The notes beneath the pieces are model-generated. The model ran no database searches, had not been told where the DNA came from, and saw only the letters and a program-made list of their open reading frames with translations. From an uncultured delta proteobacterium (GTDB lineage Bacteria; Desulfobacterota; Binatia; UBA9968), in assembly GCA_963760795.1 (NCBI GenBank), contig CAVXEP010000003.1, forward strand, positions 32,001 to 96,000: a stretch of 64,000 nucleotides of DNA, given 5' to 3'. How positions within the stretch are numbered: position 1 is the first letter of the stretch; each line of letters starts with the position of its first letter. This document shows positions 49,176 to 60,347 of the stretch, one piece after another. Both the position numbers and the translations under genes were made by a program.

Positions 49176-50945
49176 CTACGGCCGCACTTTCCAACGGCCG
49201 CTCTTTTCGCGCAGCTCGGCGCGTTTGCGCTCGATCTCCGCCGACAAGCGTTGATGTAAATCGACGGCCGGCACTTTGATCGGATCGGTCATGGGGCCGT
49301 CGCCGGGCAGCGCCGGCTGCAGCAAATGAGCCCCGCTATCCATGCTACCCGACGTTACCACAGTGCGCAGTTCGACCGGTTGCAAACTGACAGCAAACCC
49401 GCCTAACGGCGCCGCTGTGCCGCCCTCGGCCAAACCATCGGGGCGGCTCACTGACGCCAGCGGCGGCGGCAAACCGTTAAGGCCGACCCGTTGAGCGAGA
49501 GTTTGTACCTGAGTTTTGAGCTCGTGCAACTCGCCGTCGCGCCGGTCGAGCGCCAACATGCCGTGGGCCAACTGATTGTGTAGCTCGCGCAGCCGCCCAT
49601 TCACGGCATCTTCCACCCCTTGAAGCGCGCCATCGTGGGCGCGCCGTTCGTTCAATTGCGCTTCGATCGCCCTCATGTCGGCTTTGACCGCGCCGCGAAT
49701 CTGCGCGGTTTCTTGGGCCACCAGCGCGTGAGTCTGCTGGGCCAAGGTCTCCGCTTGGACTTGCCGCTGCATCAGCGTCTGCATGTCGCCGGGCAATTCT
49801 TTGAATTGGTTTTGCCATTCAATGCTAGCGCGCTGGTGCTCGGCGATCTGCTTATGCACTTCGTGAATTTGCTCGCGCAGCATCGCTTCGACGCTCCGAA
49901 CCAATGCGTCATTGGGCGCGCGCCGCTGTTCGAGTAATGCCGTTTTCAATTCGGCGATCTCACCGCGCAAAGCCACCGTGGCTTGAGAGGCCTCGCGTGC
50001 TTCGTTGGCCGCGCCAGCATTAGCGTTTTGATTGGACTGTTCCAGCTGAGCGATACGCGCCGTCAATGCCAGGGTCTCGCCGCGAAATTGTTCTTGATCG
50101 ACTTTGGCGCTGGTGACGCCATGGAGCTTGCCGCGAATCTCGTCGCCCAACTCGCGCAACCGGGCGGTCAAACGCTCGTCGGAGTCGCGCTGCCACAGCG
50201 CCCGCTCCGCTTCCCGTTCGCTCGCACTGGCCTCGGCCGGCGGTGTTGCCGCCACATAATCGAGCCGCTTCGCCACCCCGGCGAGTTGCACTCGGACCTC
50301 GCTCAGCTCGCCATCGCGCAAGCGCAGCAACGCGGCTTTTTCGCGGATCTCCAGTTGCAGGCCATCGAGCTTTTTTTGCCAAGAGCTTTCCAGCGCCTCG
50401 GTCTGGTCGCGCACGGCCAGCGCGATTTGCTCTTGCGCCAACCGCGTATCGGCTGGAATGGGTTCGCGCCTTGCGGCCGCCTCGGCATCGGCGATGCGTT
50501 GCACCAGCCCAGCCATCTGCGCGCGCAGCGCGCTGACTTCGGGGTTGGCGATGGCCGTTGGCGGCTGCTCGATAAAGGCTTCCAACTCGCGAATTTTAGC
50601 CGCTAGTTGTGCTTCGATCTGGCCGCTGGTCAGTTGTTGTGCTTCAAGCGCATTTTGTCGTTCGCTAAATTGCCGGACTTGATCTTGTAGCAGGTCGACT
50701 GCAGCGCTGTCGCCGGCTGACCCGGCCGCGGCTTGGCTGTTTTGCAGTTCGCGCATTTGCCCCAGCAGCGCTTCCTCTAGGCGCCGGATCTGTTCAACCC
50801 GTTGCGCTTCGCTTGCGGCGATCGCTTGCGCCAGTCCGAGATCGGCCGCGGCTCGGCCGACCAGCCAACCATACAACACGTCTTTGCCGTTTGCGGGGCC
50901 AATCATTTGGCCACCGAACTGCTGATCGTTTTTCTCGTCCGCCAC
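49176..50945 (-). CDS. Long coiled-coil protein (589 aa)
   Basis: Q/E/L/A/R-rich heptads throughout, with a distinct charged C-terminal tail. Confidence 0.75.
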   Translation of the reverse strand: MADEKNDQQFGGQMIGPANGKDVLYGWLVGRAAADLGLAQAIAASEAQRVEQIRRLEEALLGQMRELQNSQAAAGSAGDSAAVDLLQDQVRQFSERQNALEAQQLTSGQIEAQLAAKIRELEAFIEQPPTAIANPEVSALRAQMAGLVQRIADAEAAARREPIPADTRLAQEQIALAVRDQTEALESSWQKKLDGLQLEIREKAALLRLRDGELSEVRVQLAGVAKRLDYVAATPPAEASASEREAERALWQRDSDERLTARLRELGDEIRGKLHGVTSAKVDQEQFRGETLALTARIAQLEQSNQNANAGAANEAREASQATVALRGEIAELKTALLEQRRAPNDALVRSVEAMLREQIHEVHKQIAEHQRASIEWQNQFKELPGDMQTLMQRQVQAETLAQQTHALVAQETAQIRGAVKADMRAIEAQLNERRAHDGALQGVEDAVNGRLRELHNQLAHGMLALDRRDGELHELKTQVQTLAQRVGLNGLPPPLASVSRPDGLAEGGTAAPLGGFAVSLQPVELRTVVTSGSMDSGAHLLQPALPGDGPMTDPIKVPAVDLHQRLSAEIERKRAELREKSGRWKVRP

Positions 50946-51020
50946 GAATCTCGCTCCTCGCCCGTTGCCATTGCCGGGCGTAGTTCTACCTCGATTGAAA
51001 AAAGTCTTCGGCCTTCACAA

Positions 51021-51037
51021 AGCCAAATACATGCCAC
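51021..51037 (-). promoter_or_regulatory. Sigma-54 promoter for coiled-coil/KaiC-like genes
   Basis: GTGGCATGTATTTGGCT, GG-N10-GC. Confidence 0.55.
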
Positions 51038-51296
51038 CCCCCACGCGGGCTAAAACTCAACAAAAACCAAAGATGGCGTAATCGTGCCGCAACACTCAAA
51101 GCGCGCCATTGGCCGTAATTGGACATTTTGGGACCGAATCCAGCCACCGATGGAAAACCCCGACGATCACGAGGCATCGAGTTCGTTGAGAGATCGTCTG
51201 AGCCATCTGTTCACTCCTGTACAGAGTTGTGCCTCAACGGCAGCAGAATTCGTTGCATTGGTCCGAAATTTTCCTTTCTTTCTACTAGTTTCGCGA

Positions 51297-51313
51297 CTGG
51301 CAACCATCTTGCT
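51297..51313 (+). promoter_or_regulatory. Sigma-54 promoter for chemosensory operon
   Basis: CTGGCAACCATCTTGCT, near-consensus. Confidence 0.75.
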
Positions 51314-51414
51314 CACCCTTTCACCTCTTGGGACGATTGCCGATGCCGTTAAGGACCGGTTCGGCGTGGTCGGACGGGCAAAATTCCCGGCAAAAAACGA
51401 AAGGCGCACAAGCC

Positions 51415-51786
51415 ATGGCGGCGCGAAAAATATTACTGGTCGATGATTCGAAAACCATCCTGCAAATGGAACAAATGATTCTCGCCAACGAGCCCTATGA
51501 GTTGGTGATCGCGCACGATGGCGTTGAAGGCGTCGCGCTTGCCCTCGAAATCAATCCCGATCTGATTCTGCTGGACGTCGTCATGCCGAGGATGGGCGGC
51601 TTTGAAGCGTTGCGCGCGCTGCGCGCTAACCAACGGACCAGTGCTGTGCCGATCGTCATGGTCACCACCCAAGCCGAAGCCGACAGCATCGAGACCGGCT
51701 ACGCCAGCGGTTGCAGCGACTATATTGTCAAGCCCATCGACAGTGTGGAACTGCTCGCCAAAGTGCACGATCTCCTCGGTGACTGA
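51415..51786 (+). CDS. Single-domain response regulator (CheY-like)
   Basis: ILLVDDS...LLDVVMP...VTT...YIVKP. Confidence 0.9.
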   Translation: MAARKILLVDDSKTILQMEQMILANEPYELVIAHDGVEGVALALEINPDLILLDVVMPRMGGFEALRALRANQRTSAVPIVMVTTQAEADSIETGYASGCSDYIVKPIDSVELLAKVHDLLGD

Positions 51787-51794
51787 ACCAGCTC

Positions 51795-52313
51795 ATGAAC
51801 ACTCCATCAGCGAAACCACAAGGCGACTGGAAGCATTCGTCGCCGCCGAGTTCAGCCGGCGAACATGCGACAGCCTATCTGCATCCCGGCCAATTGCTAG
51901 TCTCCGCCCAAGCTTGCGCCGTAACGACCATTTTGGGTTCCTGTGTCGCGGTATGCTTGTGGGATCCGATCACCAAGATCGGCGGTCTCAATCACTTTCT
52001 GTTACCGACCTTTAGCGGCCAAGGAATCGCCTCGCCGCGGTTCGGCAACATCGCTATCAAAGAACTACTCGACCAGTTGGCCCAGTTGGGCAGCCAAAAA
52101 CATAACCTGTTGGCCAAGATGTTCGGCGGAGCCTGTGTGCTCGAAGCCTTTCGCCAACGCCAACATCATCTCGGCACGAAAAACATCGAGATTGCCCAAG
52201 AGTTATTGAAATCGGAATCGATCCCGCTGGTCGGTCACGATGTCGGCGGCCAGCGCGGCCGCAAACTGATCTTCCGTACCGACGACGGCGCAGCCTGGGT
52301 CAAGCCACTGTAA
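51795..52313 (+). CDS. cheD: Chemoreceptor glutamine deamidase CheD
   Basis: TTILGSCVAVCLWD, GGLNHFLLP, AKMFGGA, DVGGQRGRK. Confidence 0.93.
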   Translation: MNTPSAKPQGDWKHSSPPSSAGEHATAYLHPGQLLVSAQACAVTTILGSCVAVCLWDPITKIGGLNHFLLPTFSGQGIASPRFGNIAIKELLDQLAQLGSQKHNLLAKMFGGACVLEAFRQRQHHLGTKNIEIAQELLKSESIPLVGHDVGGQRGRKLIFRTDDGAAWVKPL

Positions 52314-52320
52314 AACTATT

Positions 52321-54030
52321 ATGGAATTCGATCTCGAAGCGATCCTACAGACTTTCTTAGCCGAGTGTGAAGAGCACTTCGCCAAGATGGAAGAGGCTCT
52401 GGTCGGCCTGGAAGCGAACCCGGACGACGACCAACTGCTGGAGGCGATCTTTCGTGGCGCCCACACCCTCAAGGGCAACTCCGCGAGTTTGGGCTATCCA
52501 AAAGTCGCCGGCTTCGCCCATGTCTTTGAAGAGTTGCTTCAGCGCTTTCGCAATCACGCGTTACCGGTTACCCAAGAGCGCATTACCCTCTTGCTCCGAT
52601 CCCTCGACGCAATGCGCCAGATGGTGCCCGAAGCGATCGCCGGCGCCGAAGAGCTGCAAGCGCACCATCTCGAGCTGTTGAACCGCTTGGCCAGCGGCGA
52701 TACAGCCAACGGGAAAATTTCGCAACCGGCCAACTCGCCGCGCCGGCCTTTCGGCCGGCGCCAAGCCGACGCAGCCGAATGGATGGAGCGCTCCGGCACG
52801 ATTCGCGTTGATACCCAGAAGCTCGACCGCATGCTCAACCTGGCGGGCGAAATCGCCATCGCCCAAGGGCGGCTGCGCCAAGCGATCGAACAAGCCAGCG
52901 GCAAAAGAACTGAGCCGCTCGAAGCCCAGGACCAAGTCGAACGGCTTTCCCTCGAACTTCAGGAAACCATCATGAAGGTGCGCATGGTGCCGGTGGGGCC
53001 GACGTTTCGCCAATACATCCGCACGGTACGCGATGTCGCCCAGGATCACGGTAAGACCGCGCTGCTGACCTTGGATGGTGAAGATGTCGAGATCGATGTT
53101 AGCCTCATCGAGCATCTCAAAGACCCGCTCACGCACATGATCCGCAACGCCCTCGATCATGGCATCGAGCCGCCTGAGGTTAGAAGAGCGTGCGGCAAGG
53201 ATCCCTGCGGCATGATTTCTCTTAAGGCTTTCCACCAGGGCGCCAACATCGTCATCCAGGTCAGCGATGATGGCGCCGGATTGAACCGCAACAAAATCAT
53301 CGAACGAGCGAGGGTAATTGGTACCGTCACCGAACCGGAAAAACTCGCCGACCCAGAGCTTTATCGGTGGATTTTCGAACCCGGCTTTTCCACCGCGGAC
53401 ACGGTGACGGACATGTCTGGGCGCGGCGTCGGCATGGATGTGGTGCGCCGTAATATCGAAGCCCTGCGCGGTTCAGTGAGCATCGAAAGCGATGGGGGCA
53501 AGGGCAGCACCGTCACCCTCCGTTTGCCCTTAACCCTGGCGATCATCGAAGGGTTCGGCGTCGGTATCGGCGCCGATACCTATGTGTTGCCGCTGCACGC
53601 GGTCAGCGAGTGCATCGAAATGCCCATCAGCGAACGAGCTCACGACCACCCTCAGGGCGTCATCAATTTGCGCGGCGAACCGTTGCCCTATATCCGTCTA
53701 CGCAGCTGGTTTGAACTCGCTAGCCCCCGGCCGAATCGTGAAAACATCGTCGTCGTCGAGCTTGACGGCGCCAAAGCCGGATTAGCGGTGGATTCACTCC
53801 AGGGCTCCCGCCAAACCGTGATCAAACCCCTCGGCGATCAGTTTAAAGATCTTTCGGGCATCTCCGGCTCGGCGATCATGGGCAACGGCAGAGTCGCGCT
53901 GATCCTAGATGTCGCCGCCCTGATGCGCGAGGTGATCCGTTTCCAGGGCAACGTCAGCGCCCGCGGCGGAGCTTCGCTCCGCGCCAGCGAAAGCACCTCA
54001 ACTAACGCGCATGCAGCGCACTACCTTTAG
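52321..54030 (+). CDS. cheA: Chemotaxis histidine kinase CheA (no P2 domain)
   Basis: HPt FRGAHTLKG, HMIRNALDHG, SGRGVGMDVV, CheW domain. Confidence 0.96.
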   Translation: MEFDLEAILQTFLAECEEHFAKMEEALVGLEANPDDDQLLEAIFRGAHTLKGNSASLGYPKVAGFAHVFEELLQRFRNHALPVTQERITLLLRSLDAMRQMVPEAIAGAEELQAHHLELLNRLASGDTANGKISQPANSPRRPFGRRQADAAEWMERSGTIRVDTQKLDRMLNLAGEIAIAQGRLRQAIEQASGKRTEPLEAQDQVERLSLELQETIMKVRMVPVGPTFRQYIRTVRDVAQDHGKTALLTLDGEDVEIDVSLIEHLKDPLTHMIRNALDHGIEPPEVRRACGKDPCGMISLKAFHQGANIVIQVSDDGAGLNRNKIIERARVIGTVTEPEKLADPELYRWIFEPGFSTADTVTDMSGRGVGMDVVRRNIEALRGSVSIESDGGKGSTVTLRLPLTLAIIEGFGVGIGADTYVLPLHAVSECIEMPISERAHDHPQGVINLRGEPLPYIRLRSWFELASPRPNRENIVVVELDGAKAGLAVDSLQGSRQTVIKPLGDQFKDLSGISGSAIMGNGRVALILDVAALMREVIRFQGNVSARGGASLRASESTSTNAHAAHYL

Positions 54031-54045
54031 GCTAGGTCTATTTGT

Positions 54046-54564
54046 ATGAATGACAAAGAAGATTGCTTTGACCAGACCCAATATCTGACCTTTCATTTGG
54101 CCGGCGAGGAGTATGCGGTGGGCATCCTCCAAGTCAAAGAAATCATCACCTACGGAACTTTGACCAAGGTACCGCACACCCCGGCGTCGATCCGCGGCGT
54201 GATTAATTTGCGCGGCAACGTGGTTCCGGTGGCCGATCTCGGCATGAAATTTGGCTTGGCCGCGAGTCCGGTGACCGATCGCACCTGCATCGTTATCGTC
54301 GAGGCGAATATCAACGACACACAGACGGTCATGGGGGTTGTCGCCGACTCAGTCAGCCAAGTCATCAGCATGTCCCGCGACAGCATCTTACCGGCGCCGG
54401 CGTTTGGCACCCGCGTGCGCATGGATTTTCTGCGCGGCATGGGAAGATCGGGTGAGAAGTTCATCTTGGTCCTGGACATCGACAAAGTCCTAGGCGCCGA
54501 CGATCTCGCGCCGGTGACGGCTAGTCTCAATGCTCTGGAGTCAACTCCGGAAGCAGGATTGTAA
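54046..54564 (+). CDS. cheW: CheW adaptor
   Basis: QYLTFHLAGEEY...RGVINLRGNVVPV. Confidence 0.95.
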   Translation: MNDKEDCFDQTQYLTFHLAGEEYAVGILQVKEIITYGTLTKVPHTPASIRGVINLRGNVVPVADLGMKFGLAASPVTDRTCIVIVEANINDTQTVMGVVADSVSQVISMSRDSILPAPAFGTRVRMDFLRGMGRSGEKFILVLDIDKVLGADDLAPVTASLNALESTPEAGL

Positions 54565-54651
54565 GATGACTTCGGGAACGAGTTGGCTGACTAGGGAACA
54601 CCTCCATAAAAAACCGGTAAAATTGCACATGATCCAACAAGAGTACTGCGT

Positions 54652-56349
54652 ATGAGCCAGTTCATAGCCCCAGCAAAAATCACCCGGCGCATAAAGAATA
54701 GTCTTAAGACTAAGGTCGCTTTGGCGATTGCCGCGCTTTTGGTTGTGGTACTGGGAGCCGGCGCGTGGATCAATATTTCATTTTTCACAGCGGAATATCT
54801 CCAGTGGCTGGAGGCACGCTCGGCGGTGCTCGGTCAGCCGTTGATAGTCCGAGTCAAAGACGTTTTATCGCAAGTTGGATACAACCCGAACGTCTTCATC
54901 GTTTTGCAAGGCGATGTCGTGGCGTTGCTAAAAGATAACTCCGAAATCGCTCATATCGCTATGTACGATCAAACCGGCAAGTTGGTACTCCACCGCCGGG
55001 CCAAAGAAGAACAAAAGCAGGAAATTCACGGGGTCATCCAGGCTCGTTTAGCGGACCATCCCAAAACCGTTCTCACACTCGCGCTTGGCGGCAACTACCA
55101 TTTTCTCCATCCGGTCATTCACGAAAAGGGGACGGTGTACGTCTCGCTGGTCTATCGAGCGGAGGCCGTGCGCCGGGCGCAGCAACGAATGACCGGGCTT
55201 TTTGTCGTCCTGGCGTTGGTATCGCTGGCGCTCTCTGCAATCGGAGTCTTCTTTATTGTTCAAAAGTGGATCTCAGGACCGATCCGTAATCTAGTGTCTC
55301 TCGCCCAAACCGTTTCTCAAGGCGATCTCAGCCAGACCGTCGCGGTGCAAGGCGAGGATGAGATTGGCGAGATACAATTGGCTTGCGGCGACATGGTCGC
55401 CCAGCTGCGGGAAATGGTGCAGTCAGTTAAGTCGGCCGCGGATGGTATCTCAGCCGCCTCGGCACAAGTTGCGTCATCCGCGCAAATGCTCTCTCAGGGC
55501 ACCAGCGAACAAGCCGCTTCCGTGGAGGAATCCTGCGCCAGTCTGGAACAGATGAACGCGTCAATCGCGCAGAACGCCGACAACAGTAAACAGATGGAAC
55601 AAATGGCGCTCAAGGGTGCCGACGAAGTGGAACAGAGCGGCAAAACCGTCTCCGAAGGGGTCGATGCGATGAATTCAATCGCCGAGAAAATTTCCATCGT
55701 CGAGGCAATCGCTTACCAGACCAATCTCCTAGCTTTGAACGCCGCCATCGAAGCGGCGCGCGCCGGCGAACATGGCAAAGGATTCGCCGTGGTCGCCACC
55801 GAGGTAAGAAAACTCGCCGAACGGAGTCAGCAAGCCGCCCAGGAAATCGGCTCGCTCACCTCCTCTAGCGTGCGAATCGCCGAACGCTCGGGAACGGTTC
55901 TCAAAGATTTGGTCCCGTCGATCCGAAAAACCGCCGAGCTGGTCCAGGAAGTCGCCACCGCCTCCAGAGAACAGGCCGTCGGCGTTTCCCAAGTTAACAA
56001 GGCCATGACTCACATGGATCAGGTCACCCAGAGAAACGCCGCAGCAGCCGAAGAACTCTCCAGCACCGCCGAGCAAATGGCCGATCAGGCAAAGAGCCTA
56101 CAAGAACTCTTGACAGCGTTCCGAATCGACGCGACCCATGGCGGCGAAAAAGTGAAGCTCAATCCTGTGCCATACGGCTGGGGAAACTTTCCTGGCTCGG
56201 CGGCACGGCAACCTGGGTTGCCACGGCAAAAATCCAACGGGGAGCAAGTAACTGGCACTGGCGATAGCTCATTCAAGACGTCCGGCCGGACCACCGAGTT
56301 AGGCGCAAACGGCGTGAAATTCAATCATTCCGATACCGTGGGAGGGTAG
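54652..56349 (+). CDS. Methyl-accepting chemotaxis protein (TM-sensor-TM-HAMP-MA)
   Basis: [40 protein letters not shown]. Confidence 0.95.
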   Translation: MSQFIAPAKITRRIKNSLKTKVALAIAALLVVVLGAGAWINISFFTAEYLQWLEARSAVLGQPLIVRVKDVLSQVGYNPNVFIVLQGDVVALLKDNSEIAHIAMYDQTGKLVLHRRAKEEQKQEIHGVIQARLADHPKTVLTLALGGNYHFLHPVIHEKGTVYVSLVYRAEAVRRAQQRMTGLFVVLALVSLALSAIGVFFIVQKWISGPIRNLVSLAQTVSQGDLSQTVAVQGEDEIGEIQLACGDMVAQLREMVQSVKSAADGISAASAQVASSAQMLSQGTSEQAASVEESCASLEQMNASIAQNADNSKQMEQMALKGADEVEQSGKTVSEGVDAMNSIAEKISIVEAIAYQTNLLALNAAIEAARAGEHGKGFAVVATEVRKLAERSQQAAQEIGSLTSSSVRIAERSGTVLKDLVPSIRKTAELVQEVATASREQAVGVSQVNKAMTHMDQVTQRNAAAAEELSSTAEQMADQAKSLQELLTAFRIDATHGGEKVKLNPVPYGWGNFPGSAARQPGLPRQKSNGEQVTGTGDSSFKTSGRTTELGANGVKFNHSDTVGG

Positions 56350-56354
56350 TCGCC

Positions 56355-57608
56355 ATGTTACGCCAGTTACAAAGGAAGCTCTCAATCCGAAAAAAGTTTT
56401 ACTTGCTTTGTGTCTTTTCCACGCTTGGCTATGCCTTCTGCGGCACTTTGGCAGCGCGCGGTGCAAGCATCGAAGTCTTCCTTGGAAGTGGAGCAGCATT
56501 TGTTATGCTAAATTGCCTGGCAGCTTGGTATTTAGCGGACAGCATCGCCCGGCCACTGCTCAATTTCGCCGACCGTTTTAACAATCACAATCATGGCCAA
56601 TCGGGTTTACTCAGATGGGTCAAAGCGACCGACCGCGGCGATGAGCTCGGCGAAGTCGCGCGCGCCTACAACAGTTTTACCGATAATCTCCATGAGTCGA
56701 TCGAATGGGTGATCGGCACCGCCGACGCTTTATCGAAAGCTTCGATCGAAATCGCCGCCTCGGCGCAGAGCCTGACGCAGACCACCAGCGAGCACGCCGC
56801 CGCGGTGCAAGAAACCACCGCGAGCCTGGAGGAAATGAACGCGTCGATCAACCAGAACGCGGCTAACTCCCGGGAGATGGAACAAATGGCGCTGGAGGGT
56901 GCGCATGAGCTGGCGCAATGCAGCCAGGTCGTCGGCGAATCGGTGCACGCGATGAAAATTATCGCCGAGAAAATTACCATCGTCGAGGAGATCGCCTACC
57001 AGACCAATCTTTTGGCCCTCAACGCCGCCATCGAAGCGGCGCGCGCCGGCGAACACGGCAAAGGCTTCGCCGTGGTCGCCAGTGAAGTTAGAAAGTTGGC
57101 CGAAAGAAGCCAGATCGCAGCGCGCGACATTAGCTCACTTACATCTTCGAGCGTCATCGTCGCGGAACGTTCAGGAAACGCCTTGAAAGAGTTGGTAGCG
57201 TCGATCCGCAAGACCGCGGAGTTGGTGCAAGAGGTCGCCACGGCATCAAGAGAACAGGCCAGCGGTGTGGCCCAAGTCAACAGAGCTATGATGCAGGTCG
57301 ACAAAGTAACCCAGCGCAACGCGGCGCAAGCTGAAGAGCTCGCAAATACCGCCGATCAAACCGCCGCCCACGCTGAGAACTTACAACTGCTCATGAGCGT
57401 ATTTAGAGCAAGCAAGTCGGAAACGCGCTCCAGCGCGGCCTCAACTCCGACCCAAACCGCTTCCCAGACCCATGATCTGGAGCCGGAGGGTCGCCGTGGC
57501 GACCAAGGTCAATCTCGCCGTGACCGTCAATCTTCGGCGCGCACCGAGCCAAACAGCGTGACCCGAAGGCCAAATTTTAAACGTTCTCAGTGGAGCAATG
57601 AATTATGA
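56355..57608 (+). CDS. Methyl-accepting chemotaxis protein without periplasmic sensor
   Basis: Two adjacent TM helices, HAMP, MA signature. Confidence 0.93.
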   Translation: MLRQLQRKLSIRKKFYLLCVFSTLGYAFCGTLAARGASIEVFLGSGAAFVMLNCLAAWYLADSIARPLLNFADRFNNHNHGQSGLLRWVKATDRGDELGEVARAYNSFTDNLHESIEWVIGTADALSKASIEIAASAQSLTQTTSEHAAAVQETTASLEEMNASINQNAANSREMEQMALEGAHELAQCSQVVGESVHAMKIIAEKITIVEEIAYQTNLLALNAAIEAARAGEHGKGFAVVASEVRKLAERSQIAARDISSLTSSSVIVAERSGNALKELVASIRKTAELVQEVATASREQASGVAQVNRAMMQVDKVTQRNAAQAEELANTADQTAAHAENLQLLMSVFRASKSETRSSAASTPTQTASQTHDLEPEGRRGDQGQSRRDRQSSARTEPNSVTRRPNFKRSQWSNEL

Positions 57609-57648
57609 AAAACGCCAGTGACCGTCAATTCGGTAACAAGACAACTCA

Positions 57649-59223
57649 ATGAACGTTTTCAAATTCAATCAGATCCGTGAACGGCGCACGAGTGGTTTGG
57701 TTTTTCGTTTCAGTCTGGTGACCGGCATCGCCTTACTGGTGGTCGGCGTCATTTCCGCGTTCGTGACCAGTTACATCGAGCGCCGGGCGCTACTAGCGGA
57801 AATAGAAAAGCAGGCCGAGCGCACGGCCGAACTTTTAGCACACAATATCGCTAGCTCGATGTTCACGTTCAATCAGTACAAAATCAACGGGACAGTTGCA
57901 GCCTTTGGCAATGATCCGGCAATTAAATACATCGAGGTTAAAGACAGCTCTGGAAAGATCCAAACATTCCGTGGGGAGAAAAAGGACCTGACGGCAACGC
58001 TAGCCGTCAACCGCCCGGTGTTTTTCAATACCAGAGAAGCTCTCGGCTCAGTTACCCTATGGATCTCGACAGAGTCGGTTGAACGATTGCTCAATCGCGG
58101 CTGGTGGAGCATCATCCTGCGCGAAGCCGCTGGTCTAGCTTTCCTTTTTGTCGTGTTGACCATTTTGACGCGTCGGGAGGTTTCCCGGCCGCTGTCGCTG
58201 GTCGCCGCCCGCCTTAAAGAAATCGCCCAAGGCGACGGCGATTTGACCAAGCGCATCGACTGTAGCACCGACAACGAAATCGGCGATGTCGCGCGTTCGT
58301 TCAATCAGTTTGCTGATAAGCTCACTCACGTCATCGCCCTGGTCCGCATGTCGGCAGATGCGGGGGCGCTGGCATCCAATCAACTCTCATCCGCCGCGGA
58401 GATGCTGTCACGGGGCACCAACGAGCAAGTCGCCTCGGTTGAGGAAACGACTTCGAGTCTGCAGCAAATCAATGCCTCGATCGGTCAAAACGTGGACAAC
58501 AGTCGGCAAATGGAACAGATGGCTCTCGCCGGTGCGAAGCAGGTGGAAGAGTCCGGCAAGGCGGTTGCGGAATCACTCGACGCGATGAAAACCATCGCTG
58601 AGAAAATCACCATCGTTGAAGAAATCGCCTACCAAACTAACTTGCTCGCCCTCAACGCCGCCATTGAGGCGGCCCGCGCCGGCGAACATGGCAAAGGATT
58701 TGCCGTGGTTGCCACCGAGGTCAGGAAACTGGCCGAACGGAGCCAAACTGCGGCCCGAGAAATCAGCTCGTTAACGACTTCCAGCCTCAAAGTCGCGGAA
58801 CGTTCCGGGGTATTGTTGAAGGATCTCGTTCCGACCATTCGGAAGACCGTGGAGTTGGTCCAAGAAGTGACAACCGCATCGCGCGAGCAAGGCACGGGTG
58901 TCTATCAAGTCAATCAGGCAATGATTCAAGTGGACCGAGTCACCCAAACCAACGCGGCGGCAGCCGAAGAATTGACGAGCACAGCGGGACAACTCACGGC
59001 CCAAGCGCAAGAGCTACAGAAGCTCATGGGTTCGTTCCGCATCCACGCTGAGGTAACCGGGACGGCGAGATCGGTGCAGCCCACCGCAGCCCAGCCCAAT
59101 CACACCGGGTTACACCATCCATTGAGAAATCCTCCGCGGCGAGCGCCGTCGAACAATGCCGGTGCGAGCGGTGGACTGCGACAGCTAGATCAAGACCAGG
59201 ATCGAAATTATCAACGATTCTAA
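57649..59223 (+). CDS. Methyl-accepting chemotaxis protein with C-terminal pentapeptide NYQRF
   Basis: TM-sensor-TM-HAMP-MA; NWETF-like tail. Confidence 0.95.
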   Translation: MNVFKFNQIRERRTSGLVFRFSLVTGIALLVVGVISAFVTSYIERRALLAEIEKQAERTAELLAHNIASSMFTFNQYKINGTVAAFGNDPAIKYIEVKDSSGKIQTFRGEKKDLTATLAVNRPVFFNTREALGSVTLWISTESVERLLNRGWWSIILREAAGLAFLFVVLTILTRREVSRPLSLVAARLKEIAQGDGDLTKRIDCSTDNEIGDVARSFNQFADKLTHVIALVRMSADAGALASNQLSSAAEMLSRGTNEQVASVEETTSSLQQINASIGQNVDNSRQMEQMALAGAKQVEESGKAVAESLDAMKTIAEKITIVEEIAYQTNLLALNAAIEAARAGEHGKGFAVVATEVRKLAERSQTAAREISSLTTSSLKVAERSGVLLKDLVPTIRKTVELVQEVTTASREQGTGVYQVNQAMIQVDRVTQTNAAAAEELTSTAGQLTAQAQELQKLMGSFRIHAEVTGTARSVQPTAAQPNHTGLHHPLRNPPRRAPSNNAGASGGLRQLDQDQDRNYQRF

Positions 59224-59405
59224 AGAAGCTGTGACAGAGACGAAGGCGACAAAGGTTGACGAAGAATGAAGAAGCTAGAGACATCCTTGAGATCCGCGGC
59301 CAACTCAAGTGCCGCTTACCCACAATACGAACGGGTGACTGGGCGATCTAAAGTGTCCAGAATCGCACAAGACAGGCGCTACGACAGCATGAGCGCCGAT
59401 TAACC

Positions 59406-60347
59406 ATGACCCTGAATCAGCCCATGCCAGTGCCAACTCAATCGACCACCGATCAGGTCATCCGCCCGGTGAGCGATCATGAGTTCGCGCTGTTCCAAAA
59501 GTTGATCTACAGCAAAGCGGGAATCCATCTCGCGCCGGCAAAAAAAGCTTTGCTGGAGGCGCGTCTGACACGGCGCTTGCGCGAATTGGGCCTGGACTCG
59601 TTTACGGCTTACTACCAGAAAGTCCTGGCCGTCGACGACAGTGAAGAGCTGATCATCCTGCTCAACCGCATAGCCACCAATGAAACTCATTTTTTTCGCG
59701 AGCCCAAGCAGTTCGAGTTCCTCGAAAATCACATCATTCCCGCGTGGCAGTCTCAGGGTCATGGTGCCAACGGCACGCGCAGCATCCGGGTCTGGAGCGC
59801 GGCCTGTTCGACCGGCGAAGAGCCCTACTCCATCGCCATGATGCTGTGGGAACGCTTTGCGCCGGGCTCGGGTTGGGACTTTGAGATATTGGCGACTGAT
59901 CTATCGACCCGCGTACTCGCCGCTGCCAGCGCAGCGGTCTGGCCCATCGCCAAGGCCAGCGAGATCCCCGATGAGTATCTTAAAAAATACATGCTCAAGG
60001 GAACCGGCGAGCAGAATGGCAAAATGAAAGCCGGGGCTGAGTTACGTTCGACGATTCGCTTCGAGCGGCTCAACTTGAACGAGGAGCATTACCCGGTCGA
60101 TGGCAATTTCGATTTGATCTTTTGTCGCAATGTCTTGATCTATTTCGACACCCAGTCTCGCGCTGGAGCGATCGCGCGCGTGATCGACAGCCTCGCGCCC
60201 AACGGCTATCTGTTCGTCGGCCATGCCGAAAGTTTGCATAGCGTCACCGACCGGGTGCGCTATGTTTTACCGACGATTTACAGCAACAGCAGTCAACCGC
60301 AACCGGCCGTAAAGCCGAAACGTCACGGAGTAGAATCAGCACGATGA
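59406..60347 (+). CDS. cheR: Chemotaxis methyltransferase CheR
   Basis: TNETHFFRE, WSAACSTGEEPYS, FCRNVLIYFD, VGHAESL. Confidence 0.95.
   Translation: MTLNQPMPVPTQSTTDQVIRPVSDHEFALFQKLIYSKAGIHLAPAKKALLEARLTRRLRELGLDSFTAYYQKVLAVDDSEELIILLNRIATNETHFFREPKQFEFLENHIIPAWQSQGHGANGTRSIRVWSAACSTGEEPYSIAMMLWERFAPGSGWDFEILATDLSTRVLAAASAAVWPIAKASEIPDEYLKKYMLKGTGEQNGKMKAGAELRSTIRFERLNLNEEHYPVDGNFDLIFCRNVLIYFDTQSRAGAIARVIDSLAPNGYLFVGHAESLHSVTDRVRYVLPTIYSNSSQPQPAVKPKRHGVESAR

Noticed and set aside
51370-51415. c-di-GMP-I riboswitch-like words (GGGCAAA...GAAAGGCGCA.AAGCC) before the che operon
   Set aside because: The required P2/P3 stems cannot be paired, and the motif overlaps the RBS and start codon.
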